From: Bdellovibrionales bacterium
GTDB taxonomy: Bacteria; Bdellovibrionota; Bdellovibrionia; Bdellovibrionales; UBA1609
NCBI GenBank assembly: GCA_965200875.1
Contig: OZ241456.1
Coordinates: forward strand, 800,001-864,000
DNA length: 64,000 nucleotides
Reading direction: 5' to 3'
Below the pieces are notes generated by a model. The model saw nothing but the letters and a program-made list of their open reading frames with translations. It made no database searches and was not told the DNA's origin. Positions 62,691 to 64,000 of this stretch are shown in pieces; within the stretch, counting starts at the first letter, position 1; the number at the start of each line of letters is the position of its first letter. The position numbers were made by a program, and so were the translations under genes.

Positions 62691-64000
62691 TTATGCGACT
62701 TTTTCTGTAGAGGTTTCGTCTGTTTCGGTGGGGGGTTCGTCTGTGTCTATAGGGGTTTTTGCTGTGTCGGTGGGGTTGGTGAGGTTTTTAAAGTCAATGG
62801 TGGGGAGTTTTTGGACGAGCTGTTTTGTTTTTAAAGAAACTGTTATTATACTGAGGAGTAATTTTAAGATGTATGCCGGGTCTTCTGAGTAAGTGTTGGG
62901 ATCGTTTATCAAGTCTGTTTTTTTGTCTTTTTTGTATTGGTATCTTCCCACAATCCATTTTATAGCTGGCCAGCCGTTGATTTTATATTCCCAAGCTTCA
63001 GGTGGTATGTTGGAAATGGTGATATGATCATTAAATTGGATTTTGGATTTGTCTTTTTTATTAATTTTCATTTTGCGGACTTTCAAATGTTCTGGTGTTA
63101 AATCCTTTTGAAGTGAGTATTCTTTGTTTTGAAATATATTTATTTCTTGGCCGTCTTTTAAGACTTTCACATTTTTAGGAAAAGGTTGGTTTTCATAATT
63201 TAAATGAAGATCAGCTAGTTTTCGTCCTGTATATGAAAACTTCCAAAATTCCGGGACAAGGGGAATACGGGGAAGGTCTTTATCTAAGTTGGATTGGAAT
63301 TTTTTACGATAGTCCTCTGAATGAAGCAGGGCGTAGATATAATAAAAGATATCTTCTTTTGTGATGGAGTCCGGGGTTCTTCTTTTTTCACTGGGAATCT
63401 TATATGGTTCTTTATTTTTTGCTTGTTCAAGGGTTTGAATTTTTGTTTGGTGTTGGTTGAGCTGATCAGGTTCTCTGGTGTAAGTTTTTTCAAGGGTTTG
63501 CTTTTCTATCTGAGGTTGGTTTTGAGCAGTAACATTTTTATTTTGTGTTTGTTCAAGAGCTTGGTTTGCTATCTGGTCAAGAGTGTGAATTTCTGTTTGA
63601 GGTTGGTTCTGAATAGCAATATTTTTATTTTGTATTTGTTCAAGGGTTTGATTTTCTGTTTGGAGTTGGTTCTGAATAGCAACACTTTGTCCTATAACAT
63701 TAGGTGTTGAACGGGCTTGAAATGCAGAAACAGCGTTGATTTGGCTAAGGTGTTTGTAATGGTTTTTAAAGCGGTTAAGTGCGTTGTCGGTAATGCTGTA
63801 GGAGGGGTTGCTTTCTTTTTTCAAAAGGCTTTTTTGAGAGCTTTCAGAATTATCATCAAAGCGGAAAAGCGGGAAGCATTGTGTCTTACTCAAAAAGTCT
63901 CCACAAGGTACAACATCTGTCATTAAGACTGAAAAAGTCTTTTCTCCAACTCCACTTACGCAAATCACTTTGTTTTGTGTTGTCTGTTTTGGAAAAATTT
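62691..64000 (-). CDS. Type ISP restriction-modification enzyme, C-terminal target-recognition region (runs off window)
   Basis: IFP..NKVICVSG, QCFPLF, ITKEDIFYYIYALLHS..YR, LPRIP, GRKLADLHLNYE, AWEYKING.PAI.W, NDPN; frame open to 64000. Confidence 0.88.
   Translation of the reverse strand, partial: IFPKQTTQNKVICVSGVGEKTFSVLMTDVVPCGDFLSKTQCFPLFRFDDNSESSQKSLLKKESNPSYSITDNALNRFKNHYKHLSQINAVSAFQARSTPNVIGQSVAIQNQLQTENQTLEQIQNKNIAIQNQPQTEIHTLDQIANQALEQTQNKNVTAQNQPQIEKQTLEKTYTREPDQLNQHQTKIQTLEQAKNKEPYKIPSEKRRTPDSITKEDIFYYIYALLHSEDYRKKFQSNLDKDLPRIPLVPEFWKFSYTGRKLADLHLNYENQPFPKNVKVLKDGQEINIFQNKEYSLQKDLTPEHLKVRKMKINKKDKSKIQFNDHITISNIPPEAWEYKINGWPAIKWIVGRYQYKKDKKTDLINDPNTYSEDPAYILKLLLSIITVSLKTKQLVQKLPTIDFKNLTNPTDTAKTPIDTDEPPTETDETSTEKVA

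Overview
Bacterial window, low in GC outside the rRNA genes. Gene content and protein style suggest a Bdellovibrionota-like, probably host-associated organism (inference only). It opens with the 3' part of an rrn operon (partial 23S, 5S). The 23S carries G2057A, A2058G and C2611G equivalents at the macrolide site. Next come two divergent secreted-enzyme loci broken at poly-C tracts and a decayed toxin-antitoxin-chaperone operon. A ~21 kb defence island follows (10.5-31.7 kb): XRE-HsdM, an AlbA_2 protein with a VNTR, HEPN plus an MNT-HsdS fusion, a D12 MTase, ATPase/TOPRIM modules, GIY-YIG, and SspB/SspC-like genes without sspA/D. The rest holds a type IV pilus cluster (pilD, pilMNOP, ABC transporter), carB, a second accessory island (an uncharacterised coupled triad and a PT-TG/RES polymorphic toxin with a putative immunity gene), housekeeping genes (bioA, prs, scpA, PNP, NfuA-like, fbaB, lysS), an Rpn remnant and the 3' end of a Type ISP R-M gene. 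Short palindromic repeats (GTCATTCCCGC..GCGGGAATCCAG) and MITE-like elements with TAGTGGCCCGTGAAAAA ends occur throughout, some in frame inside proteins. All family calls come from motif recognition by eye; no database search was run.
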